From: Heteronotia binoei
Lineage: Eukaryota
Direction of reading: 5' to 3'
NCBI RefSeq assembly: GCF_032191835.1
Contig: NC_083233.1
Coordinates: 9,796,001 to 9,860,000, forward strand
Length of the DNA: 64,000 nucleotides
In this document: positions 60,765-64,000 of the stretch, piece by piece
How the letters are laid out: every line of letters begins with the position of its first letter
How positions within the stretch are numbered: the first letter of the stretch is position 1
Made by a program: the position numbers and the translations under genes
Notes under the pieces: generated by a model
The model's database searches: none
The model's input: only the letters and a program-made list of their open reading frames with translations
What the model was told of the DNA's origin: nothing

Positions 60765-63700
60765 ATGGGGAGGGTGATTAAATTGTTCTGCTTGAATGTA
60801 AATGGCTTGGCCTTGGATGTTAAACGTTATAGACTAAATAAACAGTTAAAGGATTTAGGAATAGAGGTATTATGTATTCAGGAAACAAATAAAAGCAAAA
60901 GGGATTTGAGACCATTATTAAACTCTTAAGTATGGAGTATGAATATAGAATCAAGAGGAATTTAAAAAAACAAGTGGCTATTTTATTTCATTCTAGATGG
61001 AATATTAATATTTTGGAACATTTTAAGGATAGAGAGGGAAGATTTTTTTTTTAATTTAGCATGAATGGTAAGATATATACATTGGCAAATATTTATGCAC
61101 CTAACAAAGGCCAAAACTTATTTTTGAATCAAACTTTTCAATGGTTGTAATCTTTCTATGAAGGGGAATTATTAATAGTAGGGGATTTTAATACTGGTAT
61201 TTCAGATAACAAGAAATTGAATTTTAAAAAATGGAGACTTAAATATATGACTCTTTGCAAAGGTATAAAACGTTTTCTTGTATATACCATATATTAATAA
61301 AAGAATCTAATGATATGAGAATTAGTAGGGTGGAAACAGGGTCGATATGGATCTCTGATCATGCACCAATTACCATAGAGGTAGAACTGAATGAGGAAAG
61401 GAAGGTTAAACAATGGAGATTTAACCCTAAAATAGTCTTTCAACAGAAGGATAGGGAGGATTTATTAAAGGGAATGGAGTATTTTTTAAAGGAAAATAAG
61501 CAATCTGAAGATAAAGGTATAATATGGGATGCTGCAAAGGCAGTTATTAGGGGAATATGTATTACTAAAAACATTCTGTTTATGAAGGAAATAAATATTA
61601 AAAGAGCAAAAGTTGAAGGAGATTTTAGAGCTTCAGAGGAAGTTACAAAAGAAATATGAAAGGCAAACTCAGGAACGGTTGAATAAATTGAAAAACAAAC
61701 TGCAGGAATTGGACCTTACCTCTGTGAAAAAGAGATATATTAGTAAAAAATGAGTATCAAAGAAGTAATATAAATACAATGAAGAGGTTGGCAAACTATT
61801 TGAAGAAAAGAAGGGGAAAGCAAAGGATAGGGTATGTGAAAAATGCAAAGGGAAATAAGGTTTTAAGGATAATAAGAGAGATTTTTGCTAAATATTACCA
61901 AAGGTTATTTAAAGCAGAGGAAAGTAAACAATTTGATGAAGTTATAAGGAATAAAATTAAAGAAGAGAAGTCGATAGAATTAATTGATGATATTACACAA
62001 CAAGAAATCTTAAATGTCATAAATAATTTTAAAAATGGGAAATCACCAGGTCTGGATGGTGTCAGACATTGGAGAACATTGCTATGATGCTATACTGAAT
62101 GTACTATATAACCTGCCTCTTGACATGACTAACTCCATTTTGAATTCTAATTACTAACCATGTAGCAGAGGCCTTGCATATCAAACGGCCTCAGAGATGT
62201 TACTAACCCCCGCTGGGAATTTCCTTGCATAGCACTAACAAAAGCAACAGTCTTTTGAAGATAGCAGGCCTCAAGGAGAACCAGCAGGGCTCCTCCGTGT
62301 GAAGAGGAGTCACAAGTGATAAGATGTGGGGAAAGTGTTACTTGTAGCCTAGAAGTGTGAGAAAGCTCTATTGTTTAGAATTGCTTTGATGTAATGGTTT
62401 AAAACTGTATGCCTGTGAACAGAATGTATCAGTTTCAATGACTGCCTAGCCAGAACTTTGAGATATCAAATAAACGCCTTAACTTTTGCAACAAATGGAG
62501 GTCCGTTTACTTTGAAAATTCCAACGTCTGACAGATGGATTTACAGCAGAATTTTATAAAATGGTGGGAGATTTGATAGTTCCGGAATTACAAAGGTTAT
62601 GTAATAAAATTTTGAATAAAGGGAAAGCTCTGAACTCTTGGAGGAGGATAGAAATTATCACAATAGCAAAACAACAGAGAGATCCTGAGGATCCTAATTC
62701 ATATAGAACAATAAGCTTGGCAAATCAGGATTATAAAATTTTTGCAAAGGTCTTAGCAAATAGATTGAAGAAGCTATTACCAAGTCTAGTAGGAGAAGAT
62801 CAGTATGGTTTTGTGAAACGAAGGTATATAGGTCACCCTATAAGTAATGTGATCAATGCTTTATATCATGGAAATAATAATAAGATTGCTCTTTTGAAAT
62901 TGGATGTATATAAGGCATTTGATACATTAAATCATGAATGCTTGTTCCAAGTATTACATAAATTTAGTTTTGAAGGACCTTTTGCAAATGCAATAAATGA
63001 AATTTATAAAGAAGGGAGAGCAGTGATTAAAATAAATGATGGACATACTGGGGAAGTATTGATACTGAGAGTAGTTAAGCAAGGGTGTCCTTTATCCCCA
63101 ATGCTATTTGTTATAGCTATGGAACCCTTGGCAGACAGAATTAGAAATAGTATTAGAATACAGGGATTATAAAGTAGGAAACAAGGAAATTAAATTGAAT
63201 TTATTTGCAGACGATATATTATTGGTCTTAGGGAATCCTCTAGAAGTGCTGAAAGAATTAGTAATAGTTTAGAAGACTTTAAAGCACGTTCAGGTTTGGA
63301 AGTAAATAATAAGTCAGAAATAATGTTTAGCAAGAAAGATTTAAAGGAACAAAAAGAAATAGCAAAGTTAACAGGTATGAAATTAGGAAATAAGAAATTG
63401 AAATATTTGGGAGTAATAATAAAAAAAATGTTAAGAATTTGATGGGGATAAATTATAAGATAATATGGAAGAAGCTACCAAAAAATTTAAATCAATGGAA
63501 TAAGTATTTGAGTATACTAGGGAAGATTAGGACACTTAAAATGTTTATAATACCTAAGATGATGTATTTGTTAAATACCAAAATAGATATTTAAGAAACA
63601 GTTAGCAATGTGGGATAAGGCATTATAAATTGGGTTTTTGGAAAAAAACAAGCTAGACTATCAACGGAAGTGATATATTTGTCAAAGGAAAATTTAGGAT

Positions 63701-64000
63701 GGGGTATGCCACAGTTGGAAGGATATTATGAAGCCTTTCAAATAAAAATGTTGTTGGAATTGGATGGTAAAAGTAAGGATAAATGGGTCTGATGTTAAGA
63801 TTGTATATATAGAGGAGTAGGCAGATTTGGAATATTTGCACAAAGATTAAAAAGGAGATTGAGGCCCAAGAGAGTCAGCATTAAAAATATGGGGGGTGAG
63901 GGGGAGAAAGCAGGTTAAGTGCATGCCTCCACTTTCAAAGTGGGCACCACTTGAATCACTGAATGAGGAATTTAAAAATTTTGAGGCAACTTTTTTGAAA
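60765..64000 (+). mobile_element. L1-clade LINE ORF2 (endonuclease + RT), decayed, running off the window
   Basis: LNVNGL, CIQET, LIVGDFN and SDHAPI (APE endonuclease). KSPGLDG/FTAEFYK, YRTISLANQDYKIFAK, VKQGCPLSPMLF and LFADD (RT). Several frameshifts and stops. Confidence 0.9.
62060..62533 (+). mobile_element. Solo LTR nested in L1 ORF2
   Basis: TGTCAGAC...GTCTGACA termini with a perfect 5-bp TSD GATGG. It splits SPGLDG|FTAEF. Confidence 0.93.

Overview
Squamate genomic DNA, most likely gecko (inferred from Sauria/Squam-type SINEs, CR1, L1, L2, Penelope, Gypsy and hAT MITEs). It is dominated by transposon debris. No prokaryotic features, CRISPR arrays or genuine tRNA/rRNA genes are supported. 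The main host content is a head-to-tail (+ strand) tandem cluster of strongly diverged Shisa-like single-pass membrane protein genes that the ORF track splits into unrelated pieces. Four copies can be assembled intact by hand: ShL-1 join(7622..7937,9900..10813), 409 aa; ShL-2 join(15632..15932,16865..17211), 215 aa; ShL-3 join(22641..22953,26715..27175), 257 aa; ShL-4 join(41891..42194,45491..45882), 231 aa. All share the same design: TATA-type promoter; exon 1 = signal peptide + Cys-rich Shisa domain; one phase-1 GT-AG intron; exon 2 = transmembrane helix, juxtamembrane Cys and Pro-rich or acidic tail; then AATAAA. Two or three decayed paralog remnants may lie between them. The paralogs differ in cysteine pattern, PY motifs, TM charge, tail repeats and promoter CpG content, yet keep short identical 3' UTR blocks. 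Family assignment rests on motif recognition from memory; no database search was run. The rest includes a near full-length decayed Gypsy element (2666-7101), three TSD-flanked solo LTRs, several TSD-flanked hAT MITEs, a long-TIR element, a dimeric SINE and SINE-derived tandem repeats.
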